NCBI GenBank assembly: GCA_964439325.1
Contig: CAYTNW010000002.1
Span: forward strand, 159,821-223,820
Length of the DNA: 64,000 nucleotides
DNA from: an uncultured Leptospirales bacterium
Lineage (GTDB): Bacteria > Spirochaetota > UBA4802 > UBA5550
Reading direction: 5' to 3'
Of the stretch, positions 18,120 through 28,015 are shown one piece after another. Within the stretch, counting starts at the first letter, position 1; each line of letters begins with the position of its first letter. A program made the position numbers and the translations under genes. Under the pieces are notes generated by a model. The model was not told the DNA's origin. It made no database searches and was given only the letters and a program-made list of their open reading frames with translations.

Positions 18120-19745
18120 ATGAACAGGATACCCATTTTTTTAAAAAATAACTACTACCTTGCCACCGCGCTGCTTATGTTTCTCTCTTTTCCGTCGTAC
18201 GATTTTATACTGCTCAGGTATTTCTTCATTTTCGCGTGGTTTTCGCTCTTTCCGCTGTTTGCCTTTGTCTCAGGTAAACCGCTTAAAGATGTGTTTTATA
18301 CTTCGTTTGTAACGGGACTTTTAGGGAACCTGCTGGCCTACGGGTGGATAGGCAACTTCGGCGCGAAGGTCCAGGGTGGATACTTCGTTGTTCTCCTTTT
18401 CCTTATACCGAGCCTGACCGCGTTTTTCACTATAAAGGTTGTTGTTGCTGAATTTTTTTCACAGAAATTTCCGTCATATAAAATATTTATCTATCCCTCG
18501 GTGTCGGTAATAATCGATTTTGTACAGTCGATAGGTTTCCTCGCCTTTCCATGGACCTATATCGGCTATTCGCAGTTTACTTTTACCCCTTTTATCCAGA
18601 TGGCGTCGGTTACAGGAATACTTGGCGTGAATTTCCTGATGGTTCTGTTTAACATAGTCTTTTCGGAATATGTACTGGGATTTGATGGAAAGCTTTCCGG
18701 AATCAGGGACATTTACAGAAACCGGTATTTCAGAAGAGTTGCCGCCCTGTTTCTGTTGGTAGCTGTTATTACGGTTTCGGGATCAGTGAGGCTGTTAAAA
18801 TACAGCGACAGAAGCAGTGAAAATAGTGATAAAATACTGAAACTGGCCCTGGTCCAATCCTGCATATCGCCCTGGGAGAACTGGTCGGTCAATAAATTCG
18901 AATATCTATCCGAACTGATGTATTACACCAGGGAGTCGTTAAAATCGAATCCCGATTTCATCGTATGGTCCGAATCGGCGACACTTGAGCTTATCTCTTT
19001 CAGGGCGCTCAGGGGGGAGAAAGACGGCTTTGACGATACCCTCTTTAATTTTATCAGGGAGTGCGGAAAACCGCTGCTGACCGGAGAGATAGGGATCAAG
19101 GTCAAAAGGGGTGACAACCGCATAAAATACTCTCCTCAGAATAATGCCGTGCTGATCAGCGGTAATGGCGAGGTGCTGAGGACTTATTCGAAGATGATAC
19201 TTGTCCCTTTCGGGGAATGGTTCCCCTATGAAAAATGGTTTGCTCCCGTAAAACAGCTTGTTGAAAGCTTCGGAGGGTCCGATTTTGTGCCGGGCGATAA
19301 GCCTGAACTGTTTCAGATCAACGGTCTGAAGTTCGCACCGTTGATCTGTTATGAGGGTGTGTTTTTCAGATTGTGCAGAGAGTACCGTAAAATGGGCGCC
19401 GATTTCATGGTTTATATTACGAATGACGGCTGGACGGATGATTACAGCGACCATTACCAGCACTACTCCGCTGCGGTGATACGCGCTATCGAGAACGGTA
19501 TATGGATTGTCAGGGCGGGCAATACAGGCGTTACGGCGCTTGTCGATCCCGAAGGTAGAGCGCGCAGATCGATCCCGATACTGAAGAAGGGTTATTTGAC
19601 AGGTGAGATCGATATCTCGCAGAATGTTAATACCATCTATACCGCATGCGGCGATCTTGTACTTTATGCTTCGATGCTCTTTTTTGCGGTAATTACCTTT
19701 ATCTCTTTTTTCCGGTTTTTGAAAGAGAGGAGGGGTGCGGAATAG
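18120..19745 (+). CDS. lnt: Apolipoprotein N-acyltransferase
   Basis: Multi-TM N-terminal half plus a C-terminal nitrilase/CN-hydrolase domain (WSE...; LICYEGVF with catalytic Cys). ATG at 18120 follows immediately after the patatin stop. Confidence 0.85.
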   Translation: MNRIPIFLKNNYYLATALLMFLSFPSYDFILLRYFFIFAWFSLFPLFAFVSGKPLKDVFYTSFVTGLLGNLLAYGWIGNFGAKVQGGYFVVLLFLIPSLTAFFTIKVVVAEFFSQKFPSYKIFIYPSVSVIIDFVQSIGFLAFPWTYIGYSQFTFTPFIQMASVTGILGVNFLMVLFNIVFSEYVLGFDGKLSGIRDIYRNRYFRRVAALFLLVAVITVSGSVRLLKYSDRSSENSDKILKLALVQSCISPWENWSVNKFEYLSELMYYTRESLKSNPDFIVWSESATLELISFRALRGEKDGFDDTLFNFIRECGKPLLTGEIGIKVKRGDNRIKYSPQNNAVLISGNGEVLRTYSKMILVPFGEWFPYEKWFAPVKQLVESFGGSDFVPGDKPELFQINGLKFAPLICYEGVFFRLCREYRKMGADFMVYITNDGWTDDYSDHYQHYSAAVIRAIENGIWIVRAGNTGVTALVDPEGRARRSIPILKKGYLTGEIDISQNVNTIYTACGDLVLYASMLFFAVITFISFFRFLKERRGAE

Positions 19746-20139
19746 ATCTTTTTTAAAATATTATCCATAATCCGCAGGGTAAAATAAAAGGCTTTACAAA
19801 AAAAAAACGGTCTATAGAAACGAGTAATGTTGCCAATTTGTACAGAAAATTAACAGTTTTTTATACTCCTCTTTTAATAAAGGTAATAAATAATAGTTTT
19901 CTGTGCGTTTGACGGAAAGAGATGTGTAACTCATGGTTTTTTGTATGAATTTTCACTCTTCGTTTGTCCGGAACAATATAGCTTAAATAAAACGGTTTGT
20001 CTGAATTCAGGAAAATTTTAAATATGCCGTTTCGGCAGTATTAAGGAATTCTCTGCCTCAGAAAACATTTTTATTTCTGATGTAAATAAAAGTTTCAGTA
20101 CAATAATACAATTGATGAGATAACTCAGGAGGTTCTTGA

Positions 20140-22251
20140 ATGTTGAAGGAGTACAAAACTGGTGAAATCAGAAACGTAGCGATAATAGGACATGGAGGAA
20201 CAGGAAAATCGACACTGCTTGAAGCGATGCTTTTTGTCGGAGGGCATCTTGACAAGATGGGGAGTGTTGATAACGGAACGCTTGTTTCAGATTTCGAAGA
20301 TGACGAGAAAGAGAGAAAGATATCGATAAAAACAACTCTTTCGTATGTTGAATTTGAAGACACAAAAATTAATATAATTGATACCCCCGGTACAGCGGAT
20401 TTTATCGGCGAGACTCATTCAGCTCTTCAGGCAGTTGAGACGGCGATACTTGTAGTGGATTCAGTTGACGGAGTTCAGATTGAGACTGAAAAGGCATGGA
20501 GATATCTCTCCGAGCACAATATACCGAGGATCGTCTTTGTAAACAAGATGGACAAGGAGAGAGCGAATTACGACAAGGTAATTGAAAATCTCAAAACAAG
20601 CCTCGGAGTTAATGTAGCATCTCTCTGTATACCCAACGGAGAGGGTGAGGCATTTAAAGGGGTTGCCGATACAGTAATGATGAAACTGTATACTCCCAAG
20701 GGTGACGGAAAAGACGTTACTGTAAGCGAGATCCCTGGCGACTTGAAGGAACTCGCCGAGATGGAGAGACTGAACCTTACAGAACTTGCTGCTGAAGGTA
20801 CCGACGAGCTTATAGAGAAGTTTCTCGGCGGAGACCAGCTGACCGATGACGAGATTAAAGCCGGTATAAGGATTCAGCTCGCTGCGGGAAAACTGACACC
20901 TGTTATATGCGGATCGTCACAGAAGGTTATCGGTATTAAAAACCTTATAAGAGTAATCAAGAATTTTTCGCCTGCTCCCCAGGCCGGAAAAGAGTATAAA
21001 GGACATGAGCAGTTCCATCCCGAGAAAGAGGTTCTCGTAAAGATGAGCGATGCCGGCCCTTTCAGCGCGGTCGTCTGGAAAACAGCAATCGACCAGTATG
21101 CGGGAAGGTTTAACTATGTGAAAGTTATCTCGGGCCAGCTGATGCCCGATTCAGAGATACTTAACTCTACAAAGAACATCAAGGAGAGAGCCACAAAGCT
21201 CTTCACAATGATAGGACACAAGCAGGTGGACGTATCGAAACTCTGCGCCGGCGATATAGGAGTACTTGTGAAGCTTGACAAGACCACGACACTTGACACT
21301 CTCTGTGACACGAAGAATTCGGTTGTTCTTCCGATCATCAAACTGCCTCAGCCTGTATTCTCCTTCGGTATCGAAGCGGCGAAGAGGGGTGAAGAGGACA
21401 AGATCGGCCAGTTCCTCAACAAAATGGCTGAAGAGAATCCTACAATTACGTACGGTTTCAACGCGTCTACATCAGAGTCTGTTCTTTCCGGTATGGGAGA
21501 GATGCAGCTTAATATCATTCTCAAGAATTTAAGAGAAAAACTGAAACTGGATATAATCACTAAAGTTCCCCGTGTTGCATATAAAGAAACCATTACGAAA
21601 AAAGCCGAGTCGCAGTATAAACACAAAAAACAGTCCGGCGGCCACGGTCAGTATGGAGAGGTACATATCCGTGTTAAACCTCTTGAGCGCGGAAAAGGTT
21701 TCGAGTTTGTAGACAGCATCGTCGGAGGAGTTGTTCCGAAACAGTATATTCCGGCCGTTGAAAAGGGTCTGAGAGAGGGTCTTGAAGAGGGCGTACTGGC
21801 GAAGTTCCAGGTAGAAGACGTCTGGACCGAGCTCTTTTACGGTTCGTACCACGATGTAGACTCTTCAGAGATGGCTTTCAAAATCGCGGCGAGATCCGCT
21901 CTTAAAATAGCGATGGAACAGGCCGGTCCGCAGATTCTTGAGCCTATTATGAACGTCAAGATAATGGCTGATAAGGAATTCATGGGCGATATCATGAGCG
22001 ATATCACCAGCAGAAGGGGACGCGTGCTTGGTATGGACAGCAATGATAACGCTTCAAGTCATATACAGATAGTTAAGGCTCAGGTCCCGCAGGCAGAGAT
22101 GCTCAGGTACAGTACGGACCTCAGGGCTATGACAAGCGGCAAGGCGACATTTGAGATGGAGTTCTCTCACTATGATCCGATTACCGGAAGAGACGCTGAC
22201 AAGATAATCGAAGAAAGGAAGAAGTTCCTTGAAGATGAAGCAAATAAGTAA
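20140..22251 (+). CDS. fusA: Elongation factor G family GTPase (stand-alone paralogue, not in an rpsL-rpsG context)
   Basis: G1 AIIGHGGTGKST, G3 DTPG, G4 NKMD. Domain IV/V segments (HKKQSGGHGQYG). 703 aa. Confidence 0.9.
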   Translation: MLKEYKTGEIRNVAIIGHGGTGKSTLLEAMLFVGGHLDKMGSVDNGTLVSDFEDDEKERKISIKTTLSYVEFEDTKINIIDTPGTADFIGETHSALQAVETAILVVDSVDGVQIETEKAWRYLSEHNIPRIVFVNKMDKERANYDKVIENLKTSLGVNVASLCIPNGEGEAFKGVADTVMMKLYTPKGDGKDVTVSEIPGDLKELAEMERLNLTELAAEGTDELIEKFLGGDQLTDDEIKAGIRIQLAAGKLTPVICGSSQKVIGIKNLIRVIKNFSPAPQAGKEYKGHEQFHPEKEVLVKMSDAGPFSAVVWKTAIDQYAGRFNYVKVISGQLMPDSEILNSTKNIKERATKLFTMIGHKQVDVSKLCAGDIGVLVKLDKTTTLDTLCDTKNSVVLPIIKLPQPVFSFGIEAAKRGEEDKIGQFLNKMAEENPTITYGFNASTSESVLSGMGEMQLNIILKNLREKLKLDIITKVPRVAYKETITKKAESQYKHKKQSGGHGQYGEVHIRVKPLERGKGFEFVDSIVGGVVPKQYIPAVEKGLREGLEEGVLAKFQVEDVWTELFYGSYHDVDSSEMAFKIAARSALKIAMEQAGPQILEPIMNVKIMADKEFMGDIMSDITSRRGRVLGMDSNDNASSHIQIVKAQVPQAEMLRYSTDLRAMTSGKATFEMEFSHYDPITGRDADKIIEERKKFLEDEANK

Positions 22252-22275
22252 TTTTTTCAACAGCTGAATAATGCC

Positions 22276-22314
22276 GGGGTGATATATGTTATGTATATCA
22301 CCCCGTTTTATTTT
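22276..22314 (+). terminator. Rho-independent terminator after the EF-G gene
   Basis: GGGGTGATATA (22276-22286) pairs with TATATCACCCC (22294-22304), followed by GTTTTATTTT. Confidence 0.75.
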
Positions 22315-22428
22315 AATGCAGGAGAAATTATAGTTGTAACAAATTGCTCCGCCATATACAAAATATTTTAAGGCTGATCTGTTTTTAAAATGGGATTCTG
22401 TTTAATAAGTGACGACATAGCAATTTAC

Positions 22429-22551
22429 AGTACTCTGTCATTCCGGCCGTAGAGACAGCAAAGAGCCGGAATCTGCTTTTTTATAAGGAATAGATCAGCC
22501 AGGGCTCTTCCTCCGGTCGCCCGCCTGCACGGGGGTGATATCTGGAGTACT
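22429..22551. repeat. Related small palindromic element (GTCATTCCGGC...GCCGGAATCTG hairpin) flanked by AGTACT
   Basis: The hairpin at 22437-22475 resembles the reverse-orientation terminus of the 15053/16740 repeat (GTCATTGCGAA...GAAGCAATCTG). AGTACT occurs at 22429-22434 and 22546-22551. Upstream, GAAATTATAGTT..AAATTGCT (22323-22348) echoes the internal GAAATTATAGTT...CAGATTGCT of copy A. Confidence 0.35.
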
Positions 22552-22659
22552 GATCAATTTCTAAACTGTTATATTATTTATTAATCAGGTATATTCTATT
22601 ATCAGTTTCCGCCCGTCAGGGAAGGGAAATCAAACAAAGTATAGATGAAGTAAAAAATC

Positions 22660-23559
22660 GTGACAGAAAGGTATAAAATAAATCTATCGCTGATGCTGAT
22701 TGTATCGTTTTTTCTGCATGCGATATTTATTACCGCGATATCTCTTCCAGGGTCATCCGGCCTCCCTTCATTTATGAATCCTGTTAAAAAGGACAACTCC
22801 CTGTTTTCCGGAAGGGACATTATTGTCAACATCAACCAGGATGATAAAAGAGAGATCAATAACCGTACCCTTCTCTCCGACAGAGACTCCACGGCAAGAG
22901 GCTTTATCACGAGAGAAAAGGGGGACAGGTGGCTGAATAATTCGCGTGAATTCAAGCTGAAGAGAGGGTCTAAAAACCAGAATTCAGGCGCTTCGGCCTC
23001 ATCATCCGAAATGAAACAGCAGGATATATCACATGAAAAAGATAGTGATTCAGGGATAGTTCTGAAGATGTATAAAAAGGGGGGAGCGTCTGCTTCCGGA
23101 AGCAATGGCATGTATGACGATGTCGCCATACCGGATAAAAATGATGTTACACTGAAAAACGCGATCTTTTACAGCAATACCGGTATATTTTCTTTCAACA
23201 CCGCAAAGTTCAAAGACTTTACCTATTTTAAAAACATGAAAGACAAAATAGGTTCGAACTGGTACCCGCCGCTTTTTGCCAATGCCGTTATCGGAAACTA
23301 CAACTCCCTGACCGGGAGCTATACGCCGGGCGCCGTGAGGATAATGGCGATACCGGGGCAGCAGGTTAAACTTTATTTTGTAATGAACCGCAACGGAGAT
23401 ATACAGAAGGTCGAAATCCTCGATTCCTACGGAAACAAGCCGCTTGATGAATCGTGCCTCGACGCGATCAGACTGTCTAAGAGCTTCGGAAAAGTCCCCG
23501 ATGACATAAAGGGTGAGTTCATTGTAATACCGTTTATCTTCGGATATTATGTGCAGTGA
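22660..23559 (+). CDS. TonB-family protein (N-terminal anchor, low-complexity linker, TonB-C-like domain)
   Basis: N-terminal TM helix (LSLMLIVSFFLHAIFITAISL). C-terminal segment WYPP...VKLYFVMNRNGDIQKVEILDSYGNKPLDESCLDAIRLSKSFGKVP fits the TonB C-terminal pattern. Confidence 0.6.
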   Translation: MTERYKINLSLMLIVSFFLHAIFITAISLPGSSGLPSFMNPVKKDNSLFSGRDIIVNINQDDKREINNRTLLSDRDSTARGFITREKGDRWLNNSREFKLKRGSKNQNSGASASSSEMKQQDISHEKDSDSGIVLKMYKKGGASASGSNGMYDDVAIPDKNDVTLKNAIFYSNTGIFSFNTAKFKDFTYFKNMKDKIGSNWYPPLFANAVIGNYNSLTGSYTPGAVRIMAIPGQQVKLYFVMNRNGDIQKVEILDSYGNKPLDESCLDAIRLSKSFGKVPDDIKGEFIVIPFIFGYYVQ

Positions 23560-23608
23560 TGTGTTGCGGGTATGCTCTGACCCTGGTTTCTGAAGCAATT
23601 ATTCTTTT

Positions 23609-23866
23609 TTATTTATAGTGGAACCGGCAGGAAATTATTCGTAATTCATTTTTTATAATTTCATAAACAAGTCTATGTTCCTGATCGATTCTTCGGGACC
23701 AGCATCCCTGTAGCTGGAACTTTAACGGTTCGGGCTTCCCTATTCCGGCAAATGGATCCCGTTTAATCTCTTTTATCAGCAAATTTATGCGGTTTAATAT
23801 TTTCTTGTCAGTTGACAGCCAAAACAGGTAATCTTCCCATGATTCTTCAGTAAAAAGGATTTTCAT
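23609..23866 (-). CDS. yoeB: YoeB toxin (Txe/YoeB mRNA interferase)
   Basis: MKILFTEESWEDYLFWLSTDKKILNRINLLIKEIKRDPFAGIGKPEPLKFQLQGCWSRRIDQEHRLVYEI...CRFHY is collinear with E. coli YoeB (MKLIWSEESWDDYLYWQETDK...[26 protein letters not shown]...CRYHY). Confidence 0.95.
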   Translation of the reverse strand: MKILFTEESWEDYLFWLSTDKKILNRINLLIKEIKRDPFAGIGKPEPLKFQLQGCWSRRIDQEHRLVYEIIKNELRIISCRFHYK

Positions 23867-24117
23867 TCTTCAATTAATTCCTTTTTCAAAAGTTTTCCAC
23901 TGCGTGAACTTTCAAGGGATTGCAATAACCTTTTTGAATTAGCTATGTTTGAGAGAAGATAATTTGTCTCAATAAGTGAATTATAGTCCTCAATTGATAT
24001 CACAACAACATTCTGATTATTTTTTCTTGTTATAATCAAAGGTTCATGATCTTCATAAACCTGATCTAAAAAATTTTTTAACTTTTTTCGTAATTCTGAA
24101 TAATTAACTGCATTCAT
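23863..24117 (-). CDS. yefM: YefM antitoxin (Phd/YefM family)
   Basis: MNAVNYSELRKKLKNFLDQVYEDHEPLIITRKNNQNVVVISIEDYNSLIETNYLL is collinear with E. coli YefM. Start trimmed to ATG 24117 (RBS AAGAGGA). The stop overlaps the yoeB start (ATGA). Confidence 0.9.
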   Translation of the reverse strand: MNAVNYSELRKKLKNFLDQVYEDHEPLIITRKNNQNVVVISIEDYNSLIETNYLLSNIANSKRLLQSLESSRSGKLLKKELIEE

Positions 24118-24133
24118 ATCAGCATCCTCTTTT

Positions 24134-24151
24134 TGTACAAAATATTGTACT
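24134..24151 (-). promoter_or_regulatory. Probable YefM-YoeB operator (two TGTAC(A) cores, 12 bp centre to centre)
   Basis: TGTACAaaatatTGTACt lies at 24134-24151, immediately upstream of the yefM RBS. It has the same core hexamer and 12-bp spacing as the E. coli yefM-yoeB operator. Confidence 0.45.
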
Positions 24152-24297
24152 TCCGGTAAAAAATCAACTAATAATTTCAGCATAAATGCGGGTGTTCATT
24201 TTATAAAATAATCTAATTAGGCTTGACATTTTTGGAACATTTTGTTTGCCATATCTGCTAAAATGATATATTAAAATAATAATAAACGGTATCAAAT

Positions 24298-26493
24298 ATG
24301 AAAAAAATATCAATTTCACTGCTTTTAATTACTTTTCTATCAACAATTTCATGCAATAGCAGTGGAAGCAGCAGTAATAAAGGGAATAGTCCTGCAATAT
24401 CAAATTCTAAAATGATCACATCCTTTGAGATTATTAATACTTCATCAATTGGTATAATTGATGAAGTTGCAAAAAGCATCTCGGTAACTGTGCCTTATGG
24501 TACAGATGTGACATCACTTGTTGTAAAATTTACAATAACAGGGGTTATGCTGAACGTAAATAATGTTTCGCAGACTAGTGAAGTTACGCAAAATAATTTT
24601 ACAAACTCACTTCAGTATGTTGTTACGGCAGAGGACGGATCAATCGCAACTTATATAGTTACTGTTATAATCAATCAGTCAGGTTTAAAAGAAATTACAG
24701 GATTTGTAATAACCGGCCAGACAGGTGTGACAATCTCCGGAAGTAAAATAATGGTGATCATGCCAATTGGTACATCTATTTCATCACTGGCTCCTGTTAT
24801 TACATATACAGGTGCAAGTATCAGCCCGGCGTCCGGAGTTTCTCAGAACTTTACAGAACCGGTTGCTTATACAGTGACTGCTGAAAATGGTTCTACACTG
24901 GCATATTCAGTATCAATAGTGTTTTCTGATCCATACTGGACCACTGAAAAAGGTACCGAGGATGATCCATATTTAATCAAAACGGCCGAGGATCTTGCGC
25001 ATATAGCCACAGAAGTGAATAAAGGTTCGACCTATTCGGGAATTTTTTTTAAAATGGCTAATGATATTGATCTTAACAGTCAGTTGTGGACACCGATTGG
25101 TAAATCATCTACGTACTATTTTGCCGGGAATTTTAATGGCAACGGATTTTCAGTTAAAAATCTTTATTCAAACACTGTTTTATCGTATGTCGGCCTGTTT
25201 GGTTATATAAAAAATGCCTCTTTAAAAAATATAAGCATTACCGGTAGTGCAGTAATTAATTGTACTTCTTCATCTATATGTTACATCGGTGCTATTGCGG
25301 GATATTCAATTTCTTCCGTCATAACAAATTGCCATAATGAAGAAGCTGTAAACTGTACGATTAGTGGTTCAAATTTCCCGGATTGTTTTGTGGGTGGAAT
25401 AACGGGATTCGCTGGCTCATCCACTACTATAAAAGATTGCTCAAACGCCGGAATTCTTACAGGAAAAGCATCGTCTTCTTCAACTTCCACATCTTCAAGT
25501 CCGCTCAATAATGTAAATTGTTCAATAGCTTATGTCGGTGGGATAACAGGTTATATTTCATCCAGTGTAATAATCTCAGGTTGTTGCAATACCGGAACAA
25601 TAACCGGATCATGCTCGGCATCAGATACTACTTACTATGCGCTTAGTATTACCGGAGGAATAACAGGTTATTCCGTTTCTTCAACTCTTACGAAATGTTA
25701 TAACACCGGGGTCGTAAGCGGTACAGGTAGTGACATGGACTGTTATGCAGGTGGACTGATCGGATATGCAGCCTCTGGTACTATAAGTGACAGCTATAAC
25801 ATGGGGTCAGTTACCGGTACATATAAAAATACCAATGGCCACAGTTCGTCCGGTGTTTCGTGTTATGTCGGCGGCGCGGCGGGAGGTTTTAAAACGGGTA
25901 GTCTGACAAATTGTCATAACTCTGGTGTTATAAATGGAATTTCTGCTAAATTCAGCTGCGCGGTCGGCGGATTGGTAGCCGAGACCTGGTCTTCAACAGC
26001 TTTTGTTAATTGTTATAATACAGGGAGTATAAAATGCAATACCCCAACCACTTCAGCTTATTGTTATATCTATGGTTTTGTCGGAGGGATACTGGGTACA
26101 ATTTCGAATGCCACTTCATGCGCTGTTACTTTTACAAATTGTTATAATTCAGGTTCCCTTGATTGTATAGCGCAAAGATGTTATGTTGCCGGAATAACCG
26201 GCCAGGATCAGTCGGCAGCTTATTATAACTGTTATAGTGCAGGAACAATTACATGTACGGGTACAGTGCGTTATGAAGGGGGAATAGTCGCGAACATAAC
26301 TGAACCACTGGTTGTCAATTCATATTACTCGGCAGAAAGTTTAACTAACCCTACAGTTGCAAACACCTCTGGAATCAGTAAAAATGATGAATATATGAAA
26401 AGTTCTGACTTTGTTTCAGAGCTGAATAATGGAGGTTCATCCTGGAAACAGGATAGTGAGCATTCGAACAATGGATACCCGGTTTATAACTGA
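24298..26493 (+). CDS. Large surface lipoprotein with N-terminal Ig-like repeats and a GLUG-motif repeat region
   Basis: Lipobox LSTISC. Two to three ~75-aa repeats (ITSFEI...VTVPYGTDVTSL...YIVTV / ITGFVI...VIMPIGTSISSL...YSVSI). Then GTEDDPYLIKTAEDL...FAGNFNGNGFSVKNLY and many GG(I/L)(T/I/V)G(Y/F) GLUG-type repeats. Confidence 0.8.
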   Translation: MKKISISLLLITFLSTISCNSSGSSSNKGNSPAISNSKMITSFEIINTSSIGIIDEVAKSISVTVPYGTDVTSLVVKFTITGVMLNVNNVSQTSEVTQNNFTNSLQYVVTAEDGSIATYIVTVIINQSGLKEITGFVITGQTGVTISGSKIMVIMPIGTSISSLAPVITYTGASISPASGVSQNFTEPVAYTVTAENGSTLAYSVSIVFSDPYWTTEKGTEDDPYLIKTAEDLAHIATEVNKGSTYSGIFFKMANDIDLNSQLWTPIGKSSTYYFAGNFNGNGFSVKNLYSNTVLSYVGLFGYIKNASLKNISITGSAVINCTSSSICYIGAIAGYSISSVITNCHNEEAVNCTISGSNFPDCFVGGITGFAGSSTTIKDCSNAGILTGKASSSSTSTSSSPLNNVNCSIAYVGGITGYISSSVIISGCCNTGTITGSCSASDTTYYALSITGGITGYSVSSTLTKCYNTGVVSGTGSDMDCYAGGLIGYAASGTISDSYNMGSVTGTYKNTNGHSSSGVSCYVGGAAGGFKTGSLTNCHNSGVINGISAKFSCAVGGLVAETWSSTAFVNCYNTGSIKCNTPTTSAYCYIYGFVGGILGTISNATSCAVTFTNCYNSGSLDCIAQRCYVAGITGQDQSAAYYNCYSAGTITCTGTVRYEGGIVANITEPLVVNSYYSAESLTNPTVANTSGISKNDEYMKSSDFVSELNNGGSSWKQDSEHSNNGYPVYN

Positions 26494-27063
26494 TTCCTCC
26501 GGTAATGCCGGCTGTTTAGAAGATTTATGGGAAAATAGAACCGGATAATTAATAGGGCAAATATTCTGACCGTGATTACTCTTTGGTATTGCATGTGGTT
26601 TTTATATATACAATGATTTACCTGATTTAATATACTCAAGCGGTCGTAGGAACTTTCTTTGAATTCGTCAGCTTTGAAGGATTGTGGATATGGCTGATGC
26701 GGGCGAAGAGGGATCTGATTTTATGGAAAGTTAAGAAAAGGTAATAGCGCAGAAGAAGTTCCCGGGAAATTATTGAAGATCATCCTACTTCGCAATCTGG
26801 GGTAGTTAACTTTTTCACTTATCGCGGAAGGACGTTAGGCGAATGTTTATATCTCAGAGTATTAAAGCGTGGGGCGGCGTACTGCAGTAAACTTTAAAAA
26901 TAATTTCACGGTTGATAAATGGTTCAGTGATAAATAAAAACACTAAAAACTGATACTTAATGCAGCTGTTTCTTAGAGTAAAGCCCGGTATGGGATTGCT
27001 CTTTTACAGTCTACACCTGATTAACATACTAAATATTTATTATTAAAAAAAACGGATAGTCCA

Positions 27064-27999
27064 ATGAAAAAAATACTTATAGTATCGGTCATGATTATTA
27101 CATCCCTGCAGACAGTGAATGCGTTTTCTGCGAACAGGATGTGTCTTGCCGTAATGGATTTTAATGCCAAAGGTGTTTCAAAGGTTATAGCCAATGCTAT
27201 TACAGATCTGATGAGAGCGGAAATTGTTGATACAGGGAGATTCATTGTAGTTGAACGCAGTCAGATGGATGTAATACTAAAAGAACAGGGATTTCAGCAG
27301 ACAGGCTGCACAGACAGCTCCTGTGCTGTTGAAATAGGGAAGCTCCTTTCGGCCAATAAAGTTCTGCTCGGAGAGGTCAACCAGATAGAATCATCAACTA
27401 TCATAACAGTACGCATAGTTGATGTGGAAAAGGGGGTTGCTGAGTTTTCTTCAAGTGAAAAACTGGAAACCATAAACAGCATTGACAAGACGGTTAAGGT
27501 CCTCGCAAAAAAACTTACACTGCGGATAACAGGACAGGTGCCGGTTGATTATAATGAAACCCCGGCCGGTTATTATTTAAGAGGATTTGTTCCCGGCTGG
27601 GCGCAATTCTACGGGGGTAGCAGAACAAAGGGATGGATATTTTCGGGACTGGCTGCCGGCGCGGCCGGGTTCAGCGGCTACTGCTTCTATGACTTCAATA
27701 AAAAACATAAAGCGTATAATGATCTGGACAGTACCGCGTCAAATAGTCAGTTCGACAGCAGACACAATGATGAAAAGAAAGCGGCCGATATGGTGAATCT
27801 GAGCCTGTATATCTTTGCCGGGATATACGCCGCAAACTGGATCGATGTTCTGTTCGTGAGTGAATATAAGCCCGATGCTGCAGCGGCTGTCTTAAGGCCG
27901 CAGGGGCGGGGAGATCTGTTTTTTTCATTCAGCCCGTATCTGTATTCTCATGAAGCGGATGAAACTGTGACAAATTTTTCGGTAACTATTCGATTCTAA
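27064..27999 (+). CDS. CsgG-like periplasmic domain protein with a C-terminal membrane region
   Basis: Signal peptide. LAVMDFNAKG...AITDLMRAEIVDTGRFIVVERSQMDVILKEQGFQQTGC...IGKLLSANKVLLGEV...VRIVDVEKG fits the CsgG-family pattern. Two hydrophobic helices follow (WIFSGLAAGAAGFSGYCFY; LSLYIFAGIYAANWIDVLF). Confidence 0.6.
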   Translation: MKKILIVSVMIITSLQTVNAFSANRMCLAVMDFNAKGVSKVIANAITDLMRAEIVDTGRFIVVERSQMDVILKEQGFQQTGCTDSSCAVEIGKLLSANKVLLGEVNQIESSTIITVRIVDVEKGVAEFSSSEKLETINSIDKTVKVLAKKLTLRITGQVPVDYNETPAGYYLRGFVPGWAQFYGGSRTKGWIFSGLAAGAAGFSGYCFYDFNKKHKAYNDLDSTASNSQFDSRHNDEKKAADMVNLSLYIFAGIYAANWIDVLFVSEYKPDAAAAVLRPQGRGDLFFSFSPYLYSHEADETVTNFSVTIRF

Positions 28000-28015
28000 A
28001 ACGGGGAATTTACAT

